DNA of 64,000 bases from Thermoplasmatota archaeon. GTDB lineage: Archaea > Thermoplasmatota > SW-10-69-26 > JACQPN01 > JAJPHT01. Positions within the stretch are counted from its first letter, which is position 1. Each line of letters starts with the position of its first letter. Under the pieces are notes generated by a model, which saw only the letters and a program-made list of their open reading frames with translations, ran no database searches and was not told the origin of the DNA. A program made the position numbers and the translations under genes. This document shows positions 38,528 to 47,030 of the stretch, piece after piece. The stretch is from the NCBI GenBank assembly GCA_035526585.1, contig DATLCC010000065.1, positions 11,581 to 75,580 on the forward strand. The letters are read 5' to 3'.

Positions 38528-38749
38528 ATGCTGATCAAGGAACGACCCAAGAAACCGGGAATGAAGGAACTCAAGGTCAACATCCCGGTGAAGTACCACC
38601 TTCAGCTCCACAGCCTGAAGGTCATGGAAGGTCGCCAGATCCACGGGGTCGTCCAGGAAGCGCTGGACAAGTACTTCGCGTCGCTGCGCGCGGCTCAGGA
38701 AGACGCGCGCGACGATGACGGGACCGAAGACAGCGGGATGTCGAAGTAG
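38528..38749 (+). CDS. Ribbon-helix-helix protein, paralog 3, acidic tail
   Basis: MLIKERPKKPGMKELKVNIPVKYHLQL...VVQEALDKYF; GGAAGGAG SD upstream. Confidence 0.85.
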   Translation: MLIKERPKKPGMKELKVNIPVKYHLQLHSLKVMEGRQIHGVVQEALDKYFASLRAAQEDARDDDGTEDSGMSK

Positions 38750-38763
38750 GTCGCCCGAGCATC

Positions 38764-38902
38764 GGTGCCGTTTTCCGGGCGCGCTTTTCGGATGCGCGCC
38801 CGCAGGCGCGCACCCCGCGCCCAGGCGCGGGGCGAGGGCCGCAGCGCGCGTCGCGCACGACGCGCCCGGAGCGCCCGAGTCCGAAAAGGGTGCGGCGGCA
38901 CC
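38764..38902. repeat. Fold-back element at the RHH duplication junction
   Basis: ggtgccg/cggcacc ends and a perfect cttttcgga (38784)/tccgaaaag (38880) inverted repeat. Confidence 0.6.
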
Positions 38903-39057
38903 CGGTGAAGTACCACCTTCAGCTCCACAGCCTGAAGGTCATGGAAGGTCGACAGATCCAGGGGGTCGTCCAGGAAGCGCTGGACAAGTACTTCGCGTCG
39001 CTGCGCGCGGATCAGGACGCGGCGAACGAGGATGAAGAGAAGGAAGAGACCGCCTAG
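38890..39057 (+). pseudogene. N-terminally truncated RHH copy 4 (lacks the beta ribbon)
   Basis: 38901-39017 matches 38584-38700 at 114/117 nt; open from GTG 38890 for 55 aa with its own acidic tail. Confidence 0.7.
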
Positions 39058-40304
39058 GTCGCCTTCGCCGTTTCCCAGCTCTTCTCGAACCCGCGCCACA
39101 TGCCTTCGACCGAAGGCACGAGCGAGACCCACACTCCATACTCGGCGAGCGCGGCGACCTCCTCCGTCGCGGCTTTGCCCGTGAACACGAGCAGCGTCTC
39201 GGCCCGGTCCACGAGCACCATCGGCGCGCCCAGCGCCCCCTCGCCCGCGCGCACCTGCGCGCCCGCGATCTCCGCGCGCACGCCCGGCGGCACGAGGATC
39301 CGCACGCGCACGCCCTCGCGGATGCGCGACGCGAGCGCGCGCCCGATGCCGCTCGCAGCAAGGCGCGCCGCTTCTCCCGCGGAGAGGACGAGCGCGATCT
39401 CGGTCGCCGCGCGAAGCAGCATCTCCTTCTGCTTCTCGTAGCGCGTCAGGCGCCCTTTCACGACGAGCACCTGCTCGGACGCGCGCCCGCTCGTGAGCTC
39501 TTCGAGGCGCGATGCGGCCGGCATGGCGAGCGTCCACTGGTCGTCGAAGAACGCGCGCTGCGCCTGCACGTGGTCGCGGGCGCCGATCCAGAGCGCGGTC
39601 TCCTTCGCGTCCTTCCCCATTGGGTCCGCCGTGACGTACTGGACGATCTCGCGCTCGTCGGCCACGAAGAAGCGCAGCGGGCGCGGCACCATCAGGTGGC
39701 GCACCTCGGCGAACTCCGACATGCGGCGCAGCACGTCCTCCTGGCCCGGCAGCACCTCGGTGAGGATACGCGCCGAGACGCCGCGCTTGTGGGCGGCGCG
39801 CAGCTCCGTCTCCAGCCCCTCGTCGAGGAGGAGCCGGAAGAGCGCGCGGGAGGACGCGACGACGCAGAGCTCCTTCTGCGCGGCGCGGATCGTGCGCGCG
39901 AGCTGGCCGTTGATCTGGTTGCGATCGTGCAGGATGCGGAACGACTCGGAGACCTTCTCCTGCTTCGCCGTGCCGCCTGAAAGTCGGCCCAGCCGCGCGG
40001 CGAGGTCCTCCTTCATCGTCTCCACGGCCTTGAGGCCCGCGGCGCGCTCCTCGACGAGGATGGAGAGCGCCCGCTCCGCCGGCACGGCCGTGAACTGCCG
40101 CGGGCGCGAGAGCGTGCCTTCGACGAGGCCGCGCCCCTGGAGGCGCTCGAGGATCTGGTACGTCTCGGCGCGCTTCAGGAGCGCCGCCTTGGCGAGGTCC
40201 GTGACCTTGCTCGCTCCGAGATGCGTGAGATGCGCGAACGCGCGCGCCTCTTTCTCGCCCAGCCCGCACTGCTGGAGGCGGGTCACGACATCGTCGACCT
40301 TCAT
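39054..40304 (-). CDS. TrmB family regulator with two PLD-like effector domains
   Basis: KRAETYQILERLQGRGLV wHTH; RFFVADEREI and MVLVDRAETL repeats. Confidence 0.88.
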   Translation of the reverse strand: MKVDDVVTRLQQCGLGEKEARAFAHLTHLGASKVTDLAKAALLKRAETYQILERLQGRGLVEGTLSRPRQFTAVPAERALSILVEERAAGLKAVETMKEDLAARLGRLSGGTAKQEKVSESFRILHDRNQINGQLARTIRAAQKELCVVASSRALFRLLLDEGLETELRAAHKRGVSARILTEVLPGQEDVLRRMSEFAEVRHLMVPRPLRFFVADEREIVQYVTADPMGKDAKETALWIGARDHVQAQRAFFDDQWTLAMPAASRLEELTSGRASEQVLVVKGRLTRYEKQKEMLLRAATEIALVLSAGEAARLAASGIGRALASRIREGVRVRILVPPGVRAEIAGAQVRAGEGALGAPMVLVDRAETLLVFTGKAATEEVAALAEYGVWVSLVPSVEGMWRGFEKSWETAKAT

Positions 40305-40690
40305 GCGCCGTCCTCCTTGGAGAGAAGCCACTCTTTGACCTCGTACACCAGCCGCTTCCCGAACTCGTTGTTCTTCACGACGTAGGCGGCGGCGCCCAGC
40401 TGCAGCGCCTGGATGGCGACCTCCTCGCTGCCTTGCGAGGTCATGAGGATCACGGCCGGCTCCTTGCCTTTCGCGCGCAGCGTCCGCAGCACGTCGAGCC
40501 CGCTCATGTCGGGGAGCCTGTAGTCGAGAAGGACGAGGTCGTAGCGCTCCTCGTTCGCGCGCTCCAAGGCCTCGTCGCCCAGGCGCGCGGTGTCGACGCG
40601 CCACGACGCCTCGACCCGCAGCGCGCGCGTCGCGAGCTGCACGTGGTCGAGATTGTCGTCGACCAAGAGGATGCGCAGAGCCCCGACCAT
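40301..40690 (-). CDS. Stand-alone response regulator receiver protein
   Basis: ILLVDD, LLDYRLPDMSG (phospho-Asp), MTSQG, AAYVVK; ATGA overlap with trmB. Confidence 0.93.
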   Translation of the reverse strand: MVGALRILLVDDNLDHVQLATRALRVEASWRVDTARLGDEALERANEERYDLVLLDYRLPDMSGLDVLRTLRAKGKEPAVILMTSQGSEEVAIQALQLGAAAYVVKNNEFGKRLVYEVKEWLLSKEDGA

Positions 40691-40786
40691 TGTATGACCA
40701 ATTCTGACAATCAGGCAATAAGCTTCGCGTATTGGCTCCAAGGTTGCCAGGGTCTTGCGCCTTCGCCCTCCAGCCGCGAGTCGTTG

Positions 40787-41301
40787 GCCGAACCATCGAA
40801 CCACCGGATCAACGAGCGAGGGTGCTATCCTCGCGCTGGTCCGATGGTTCGGCCAGGATCGCAAGCCGAGCGGCTGACGCGGCGACTTCGTTCGAGTCGC
40901 TATGCCAGATGGCACGAGCGAGTCCTAACGCATCGTATCGCGCGCTGTGGCTCGTTGCCATGACATCAGGGGTCATGCAGGGTGCTCAGGTTTCCATGTG
41001 AGCGACACCCTGATCGGGATCTCAGCGTCGGTGGCCCGCGGGAAGGCCACAGCGCTTTCTTCGCTTTCGGGGCCCGAAGGCACGCGAGATCGCCCCTGCT
41101 CGTTGATGTTCTTCGGAGAGGATCGCGCGGGCCCTGGCGAGTACTCTCTTGCATGGACGGGCGCGCATGCTGATGTCAAGGAACCAGTCTTCTGGTGGGC
41201 AGACGTCCCGACGCCGCCGTTCGCGTCCCCATAGCACCGCGCGTGGCCGTCACTCAGCCACCATTTCCCCTCGCGATGGTTCGAGGGTTCGATGGTTCGG
41301 C
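40787..41301. repeat. 515-bp segment bounded by perfect 16-bp inverted repeats built from CGAACCAT octamers
   Basis: gccgaaccatcgaacc at 40787-40802 and ggttcgatggttcggc at 41286-41301. Confidence 0.7.
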
Positions 41302-41336
41302 TCAGAATATCGAGTCCCGTGACTGAAAAAGGGGGA

Positions 41337-42284
41337 TCAAGGGCGCGTCTGGCGTCGCTCGCGCCTTCTGCCGCGCGCATAGAAGAACGGCAGCAGGGCC
41401 ACGGCCAGGATGACGAACGTGAACGAGCCGCGCAGGACGTTCGGTTGGTTCTCCGGGAAGAACAGGATCACCGCGACGGTGACGAGCGCCGCAGCCGCCA
41501 TCAGCAGCGCCAGCACGACGGCGCGGCCGCGCGACTTCGGGTACGCCACGTTCGACATGTTGAGGAAGGCGAGGAGCACGACGACCGGGAGCGCGTAGTT
41601 GTACGGGATGCGAGCCACGATCAAGAGCGCGATGGTGACCGCGGACCATGGCGTCGGGAGACCTTGGAACGTCGTCGTCTGGCCTTCGACCGGGTTGCTG
41701 TTGAAGCGCGCGAGTCGCAGCATGCCCATCACGAGCACGAGGCCGGCGGCGAGGAGCGCGGGGAACGTGTGCACGGCGCCGTAGTAGGTGAAGACCATGA
41801 ACGCGGGCGTCATCACGAACGTGATCGTGTCGCTCAGCGTGTCGAGGTCACCACCCAGGCGCGAGCCGCCGAACTTGCGCGCGACGATGCCGTCGAGCGC
41901 GTCGCAGATGCCGCCCAGCGTGATGAGGACGGACGCGAGGAGGAAGCGGTCGTCCTGCCCGTTGGGCGCGAGCCCCGGGAAGACGCGGTCGAGGCCGGGG
42001 AAGAAGGGCGGCTCGTAGAGGACGACGACCTTCGTGAGGACGGCGATCGCGAGGAACCCCGCGAGGCCGTTCGTGAGCGTGAAGAGGTCCGCGGCTGATA
42101 TCACGCTGCGGATGCGCGGCAGCCGGGGGATGCGCCCGCGCACCGCGTGCCCGAAGCGCCGCATGCGCGGGTGGATCGGGACCTTGAGCTCCGGCACCTT
42201 GAGCGGCGGAAGCCGCGGCACCTTGAGCTGCGGCATGCGCGTGAAGCGCGGGCCGTGGCGCTTGGGCGCGCTAGAGCTCGGCAA
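41337..42284 (-). CDS. pssA: CDP-alcohol phosphatidyltransferase (archaetidylserine synthase)
   Basis: DALDGIVARK...GGDLDTLSD signature, RLARFN, FQGLPTP. Confidence 0.9.
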   Translation of the reverse strand: MPSSSAPKRHGPRFTRMPQLKVPRLPPLKVPELKVPIHPRMRRFGHAVRGRIPRLPRIRSVISAADLFTLTNGLAGFLAIAVLTKVVVLYEPPFFPGLDRVFPGLAPNGQDDRFLLASVLITLGGICDALDGIVARKFGGSRLGGDLDTLSDTITFVMTPAFMVFTYYGAVHTFPALLAAGLVLVMGMLRLARFNSNPVEGQTTTFQGLPTPWSAVTIALLIVARIPYNYALPVVVLLAFLNMSNVAYPKSRGRAVVLALLMAAAALVTVAVILFFPENQPNVLRGSFTFVILAVALLPFFYARGRRRERRQTRP

Positions 42285-42885
42285 GCACCGTCTCCCCTGC
42301 CACCATCTTGTCGCCCTCCTTCACGGCCGGCCGAAGCCCCGCCGGAAGGTAGACGTCGACGCGCGAGCCGAGGCGGATGATGCCGATCCGATCCCCCTTC
42401 TCGACCTTCGCGCCCTGCGCAAGGTAGGGGAGGATGCGGCGCGCGAGCGTGCCCGCGATCTGCACGACCTCGAGGTCGCCGACCTCCGTCTCGAAGTGCC
42501 ACACGACGCGCTCGTTGCGCTCCGACTCCTTGTTGAACGCGGGGACGAAGCCGCCCTGCACGTGCTCGACGCTCGCGACGCGGCCCGCGAGCGGCGCGCG
42601 GTTCACGTGCACGTTGAAGGGGTCCATGAACGTCGCCACGCGCGTGCGGCCATCCGGATAGACGTCGATCGACTGCACGACGCCATCCGCAGGCGCAAGG
42701 AGCCCCGGCCGCTTCGCATCGCGCTCCGGATCGCGGAAGAAGTTCAGCATGATGAGCGCGAGCGCGAGGAGCGGAGCGACGAGCGCCCACCACCACGCGC
42801 TCACCGCGAGCGCGAGCGCAAGCGCGAGGAACGTGGCGGCCCACGTGACGTAGAACCATGGACTCGTGCCCTTCGCGAGGCGCAT
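42271..42885 (-). CDS. psd: Phosphatidylserine/archaetidylserine decarboxylase
   Basis: FFRDPER, APADG, NVHVNRAP, IRLGSRVD autocleavage site. Confidence 0.95.
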   Translation of the reverse strand: MRLAKGTSPWFYVTWAATFLALALALAVSAWWWALVAPLLALALIMLNFFRDPERDAKRPGLLAPADGVVQSIDVYPDGRTRVATFMDPFNVHVNRAPLAGRVASVEHVQGGFVPAFNKESERNERVVWHFETEVGDLEVVQIAGTLARRILPYLAQGAKVEKGDRIGIIRLGSRVDVYLPAGLRPAVKEGDKMVAGETVLAEL

Positions 42886-42963
42886 GATATCCCTCGCAGC
42901 TTGGCCTCGCGCTTAAAGCGTTCCGTCTTGCGGCGTTGCACGGCCGGAACGGCGGACCGCAGG

Positions 42964-43878
42964 TCACGCGTCGGTGGGCGCCGGCGCGGGATCGACCTTG
43001 CTGGGCGGCGGAGGCGGCGGCTTGCTGAAGAAGCCGGCGTGCTTGCGCTTGCGCAGGTCGAAGAGGTCGAGGATGTTCGAGTGGAGCTCCGGCAGCAGGG
43101 CGAAGACCCCGAGCGCGATGAAGACCATCGCGACGAGGGAGCCGATCTTGCCGACGTAGCTGTGCATCCATTCGAAGGGATCGATGCCGAACATCCCCCA
43201 GCCGAGCACCTTGTAGCCGTACACGATCCCCGCGTTGCGGAAGAGGTTCAGCACGTAGATGACCGGGACGGTGATCGCGTACGCCTTCCACTTCCGCGAG
43301 CTGGATGCGCGCAGGCAGGCGATCGCGCCGACGAAGATCATGATGCTCTGGATCGCCGTGCACGCGAGGATCACGGTGACGGCGTACTCGGTCCCGCCGT
43401 TGAGGAAGATGTGCGCGTCGCCGGTGGAGTCCTGCACGACGCCGTTCGGGACTCCGAAGATCGTGCTCAGCATCCAGCTCGACTGGATCGCGGTCTGGTA
43501 GATGAGCCACTTCTGGACGGCGGGGATCTCGTAGATGACGAAGTACGTGAGGGCGGAGACGAACGAGGCGCCGGTGAACCAGCGCAGCGCCTCCGGATCC
43601 TCCCTCCAGCGGTAGCTCTTGATCTCGTGCCAGGCGATCCACAGGAGGAAGATCGGTCCCAGGAGCGTGAACCACCCGTTGATCGGGTCGGGCTCGGTGT
43701 CGACGGGGTGGAAGAACTCGGGCGCCTGGAAGGGCCAGTAGAGCGCGAAGAGCGTCCAGCCCGCGGCGCGCAGCCAGTGGGCTCGGCGGTCGCGCCAGAG
43801 GAACCCGGCGCCCATGAGGCCAAGGCCCGTGAAGACCATGACCAGGAGCGCGGGCTGCCAGGCCGAGAAGTCCACCAT
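42964..43878 (-). CDS. artA: Archaeosortase A family transpeptidase
   Basis: Multi-TM with VILACTAIQS (Cys), NLFRN (Arg) and FEWMHS (His); TTTTAA box about 26 nt upstream. Confidence 0.88.
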   Translation of the reverse strand: MVDFSAWQPALLVMVFTGLGLMGAGFLWRDRRAHWLRAAGWTLFALYWPFQAPEFFHPVDTEPDPINGWFTLLGPIFLLWIAWHEIKSYRWREDPEALRWFTGASFVSALTYFVIYEIPAVQKWLIYQTAIQSSWMLSTIFGVPNGVVQDSTGDAHIFLNGGTEYAVTVILACTAIQSIMIFVGAIACLRASSSRKWKAYAITVPVIYVLNLFRNAGIVYGYKVLGWGMFGIDPFEWMHSYVGKIGSLVAMVFIALGVFALLPELHSNILDLFDLRKRKHAGFFSKPPPPPPSKVDPAPAPTDA

Positions 43879-43978
43879 CTGGCTTCGGACGAGTCGCCGG
43901 GGGTTAAAAGGGTTTGCGGACAGCGCGTGCAAGCGCTGCGGCGCTTGCCCGCGTCGTCCGTGTCGGCCTGCGGGCCGG

Positions 43979-45586
43979 CTATCGGTCTGGCACGACTCCG
44001 AAGGGCGCGTACGCCTCCGCCGCCCGCTGCAGGACGGCCGCGCGGTCCGCACCGGGCAAGAGCGGCACGATGACGCGCGGCGCGACGGGCGCGCCTTGCC
44101 CCGCGATGAACGCGGCGCTCGTCCACAGCGCCTGCGAGGGGCCGCCGAGCACGCCGCCGATGCCGACGATGGTGCGCGAGACGTTCCCGTGCCCGAGCTC
44201 GATGCGCGCCGTCGCGAACGGCGTCGCGACGAGGTCGGGGCTCCCGAGCGCGAGCGTGCGCGAGCGCGACAGGTTGTCGAGCGCGTCGGCCGTGTCGTTC
44301 CAGCGCCCCGAGGGGTCGAGCGCCCAAGGAGTCGGGCCCTCCGCGTGCGCAAGGAGGAGCACGTCGCGCGCGAGGGGCGCCGCGTCCATCGTCGTCGCCT
44401 CGCCCACGCCCGGTCGCCCGGCGAGCGCGAGCGCGGGCGCGCCGGCGCCTTCGACCGCGGGGAGCTTGGTGATATCGAGGTCGTGGGCAGCGGCGAAGAC
44501 GAGCGCGCCCTCGCTCGCGCGCTCAACGCGCGCGGGGAGCGGGCGCGGGTGGAGGGCGAGCGTCAGCCCGTCGGGCCCGCGCGCGGCGTCGAGCGCGCGC
44601 TCGTCGGCGTGGGTGAGGTTCGCAAGGAGCGCGGTGACGCCGTGCGTGCCGGCGAGCGCGCGTGCGTCGTCGAGGTTCAGGATGATATCAGCGCCGAGCG
44701 GGAGCTCGGCTTGAGCGCGCGCCACCGTCAGGTCGCGCGCGGTGGGCGTCGCGTTCGCGAGGATCGAGCGCGCCTGCGCGGCCGCGCCCTCGACCTGCTG
44801 GAGGCGGTCGTCGAACCACGTGTAGCCCGGCTCGCGCACGCGCACGATCCCCGCAGCGGCCGCGGTCGCAAGCTGACCGTTCGCCTCGAGCGTGAACGCG
44901 ATCACCCAGTCGCCCGCGGCCATCGTCTCGGGGAACGCGCCCGTCGTGAGCGGACCGTCGAGCGGCGCGGCGGCGCCAAACGGCGTCGCCGTGCCATCGG
45001 GCGCGGTCGCGGTCCCGTTCCAGTACGCGGGGCGCGCTCCGGGCCCGAGCTCGACGAGGTCCGGGAGGAACGCGCCATCGCGCGCGCCTTCGTCCACGCG
45101 CAGCCGCAGCCGCGCCTCGCCCTGGCGCACGGTGGGGAGCGCGCAGAGCTTCGCCGCCTCGCGCGCCTCGCATGTGGTGAGGCGCTCCATCTCGAAGTAG
45201 GTCGCCACGTAGGGCGTGGGCCACGCGTGCGAGCGCAGCGCGAGGGCGTCGCCGGTTGCGAGCCCGGTCGACGCCGCGACGATCGCGGTGCCCGGCTCAG
45301 GGAGCGCGATGCCCAGCGCTTCCGCTGCGCGCGCGTCGAGGCCCGCGTAGTCGTGGACGCGCGCGCCCATCGCCTCCCCCAGCACGAGCGCGCCAAGCGC
45401 CGCGGGCGCGTGCGCCTCCGCGAGGAGCGCATCTGCGCGCGTCGCGTCGAAGGGCCAGCGCCCATCGAGCGCGAGCAGGCGGAGCTGCGCCACGTCGGGC
45501 TCGGGCGTGGGCGTCGGCGGCGGCCCGCCGGGCGTGCCGCACCCCGCAAGCAGCGCGACGGCGAGAAGAAGAGGGAGCGCCCGCAA
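43979..45586 (-). CDS. Predicted lipoprotein of unknown function
   Basis: LPLLLAVALLAGC lipobox, PTPTPEP linker; start uncertain. Confidence 0.7.
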   Translation of the reverse strand: MRALPLLLAVALLAGCGTPGGPPPTPTPEPDVAQLRLLALDGRWPFDATRADALLAEAHAPAALGALVLGEAMGARVHDYAGLDARAAEALGIALPEPGTAIVAASTGLATGDALALRSHAWPTPYVATYFEMERLTTCEAREAAKLCALPTVRQGEARLRLRVDEGARDGAFLPDLVELGPGARPAYWNGTATAPDGTATPFGAAAPLDGPLTTGAFPETMAAGDWVIAFTLEANGQLATAAAAGIVRVREPGYTWFDDRLQQVEGAAAQARSILANATPTARDLTVARAQAELPLGADIILNLDDARALAGTHGVTALLANLTHADERALDAARGPDGLTLALHPRPLPARVERASEGALVFAAAHDLDITKLPAVEGAGAPALALAGRPGVGEATTMDAAPLARDVLLLAHAEGPTPWALDPSGRWNDTADALDNLSRSRTLALGSPDLVATPFATARIELGHGNVSRTIVGIGGVLGGPSQALWTSAAFIAGQGAPVAPRVIVPLLPGADRAAVLQRAAEAYAPFGVVPDR

Positions 45587-45751
45587 CGCGCGACGAACCG
45601 ACGCTTGCGCCTTGAAGGGTTCGTTGCCGGAAGCGGAGGAGGAAGCGGGATCCGGAACCGGGACGGACGACCGCCGGGTCCCAGGTTCCGCTACCGCATC
45701 CTCTTCCGAGGTCCACAAACGAGAAGAGAGAGCGGAGTCGTCGCGGCGCCG

Positions 45752-46993
45752 ATGCGTGCGCTCGCGCTCCTCCTCGTCCTCCTCCTCGCGGGCTGCTCGA
45801 CGCCGGGCGCGAAGGACGGCGGCTCCCCGACGGCGCCGACGGCGTCGGCGTCGCGCTTCCTCGCGCCGCAGGTCATGGGCGAGGGAGGCCCCGAGCCCGT
45901 GCTCGCGTTCTCGCCCGAGGGGGATCGGCTGTATCTCGCGGCCCAGGATCCCGAGGGGGGTGGCCCGTTCGTGTGGGTCTCGAAGGATGGCGGCGCGACG
46001 TTCGACCTCAAGCGCCCGACGCAGCAGGGGGGCGGCGAGGTGGATCTTGCGGCCGGCCCGAACGGCGCCGTCTATCTCACGCAGCTCGGGGCGCGCGGGA
46101 ACATCGTGAGCGTGTCGCGCGACAAGGGCGAGACGTGGGACTCGGCCCCCCTCGGGGGGGCCTCGCAATATTTCGACCGCGAGTGGCTCACGGTCGACGC
46201 GAACGGGCGCGCGTATCTCGTGGCGCGCGAGTTCGGCACGACCGCGAGCGCGGGCGTCGCAAGGAGCGACGATCGCGGGCTCACGTGGCCGCCGCGCGGG
46301 AAAGCGTGGACCGCGCTCGACGAGCCGGGCGAGGCGAACGGGCCGCTCGTCGCAGTGGGAGCCAACGTGCACCTCGCATACATCTGCCGCCAGGGCGAGG
46401 CCGTGTGCGTGTCCACGACGCGCGACGGCGGCCTCACGTGGTCGCGCGCGGTCGTGGCGAGCCGCGGCACGAACGCCGCGAACGTGTACCCTGCGCTCGC
46501 GAGCGTGGGCGGCGCGCTCCTTGTCGCGTGGGCGGATGCGAGCGACGGCGCGCTTGCGGTCTACACGTCGCGCTCGAGCGATGCCGCGTCGTGGTCCGCG
46601 CCCCAGCGGGCCTCCGCGACCGGCGGCACGGCGGCGCTCCCGTGGCTCGCCTCGCGCGGCGGCGCGACATGGCTCGTCTACCTGCGGGCCGACGAGGCGA
46701 TGGCCGCAACGGACTGCGCGCAGGCGCAGGGCGCGCGGTGGATCCCGACCGCGCAGCCCCTCGACGCGCAGGGCGCGCCGCAGGGCGAGCCGATGCCCCT
46801 CACGACGGAGCCGGCGCACGTGGGCATCGTGTCGCCGCCCGTGGGCCAGTCGTGCAGCGGCGGCGCCCGGGACCGCAACTTCGGCGATTTCTTCACCGCC
46901 GCGATCTCGCCCCCGGGGAAGCTCGTGGTCGCGTGGTCGGCCGACACCGGCACGATCGCGAGCACGCGGGACATCGTCGTTCGGGAACGATGA
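45752..46993 (+). CDS. Lipoprotein with BNR/Asp-box beta-propeller
   Basis: LLLAGC lipobox; SKDGGATF, SRDKGETW, SDDRGLTW, TRDGGLTW boxes. Confidence 0.88.
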   Translation: MRALALLLVLLLAGCSTPGAKDGGSPTAPTASASRFLAPQVMGEGGPEPVLAFSPEGDRLYLAAQDPEGGGPFVWVSKDGGATFDLKRPTQQGGGEVDLAAGPNGAVYLTQLGARGNIVSVSRDKGETWDSAPLGGASQYFDREWLTVDANGRAYLVAREFGTTASAGVARSDDRGLTWPPRGKAWTALDEPGEANGPLVAVGANVHLAYICRQGEAVCVSTTRDGGLTWSRAVVASRGTNAANVYPALASVGGALLVAWADASDGALAVYTSRSSDAASWSAPQRASATGGTAALPWLASRGGATWLVYLRADEAMAATDCAQAQGARWIPTAQPLDAQGAPQGEPMPLTTEPAHVGIVSPPVGQSCSGGARDRNFGDFFTAAISPPGKLVVAWSADTGTIASTRDIVVRER

Positions 46994-47030
46994 GGCCGAG
47001 GGAACGACGGATCGGGGGCAGAGAGAAAGC

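Noticed and set aside
38004..39057. Toxin-antitoxin or plasmid partition cassette
   Set aside because: No adjacent toxin, ParA, Rep or integrase gene; the upstream NTPase is THEP1-type.
40947..41234. 95-aa ORF inside the inverted-repeat segment
   Set aside because: Atypical codon usage and no recognisable motif, so it is not called as a gene.
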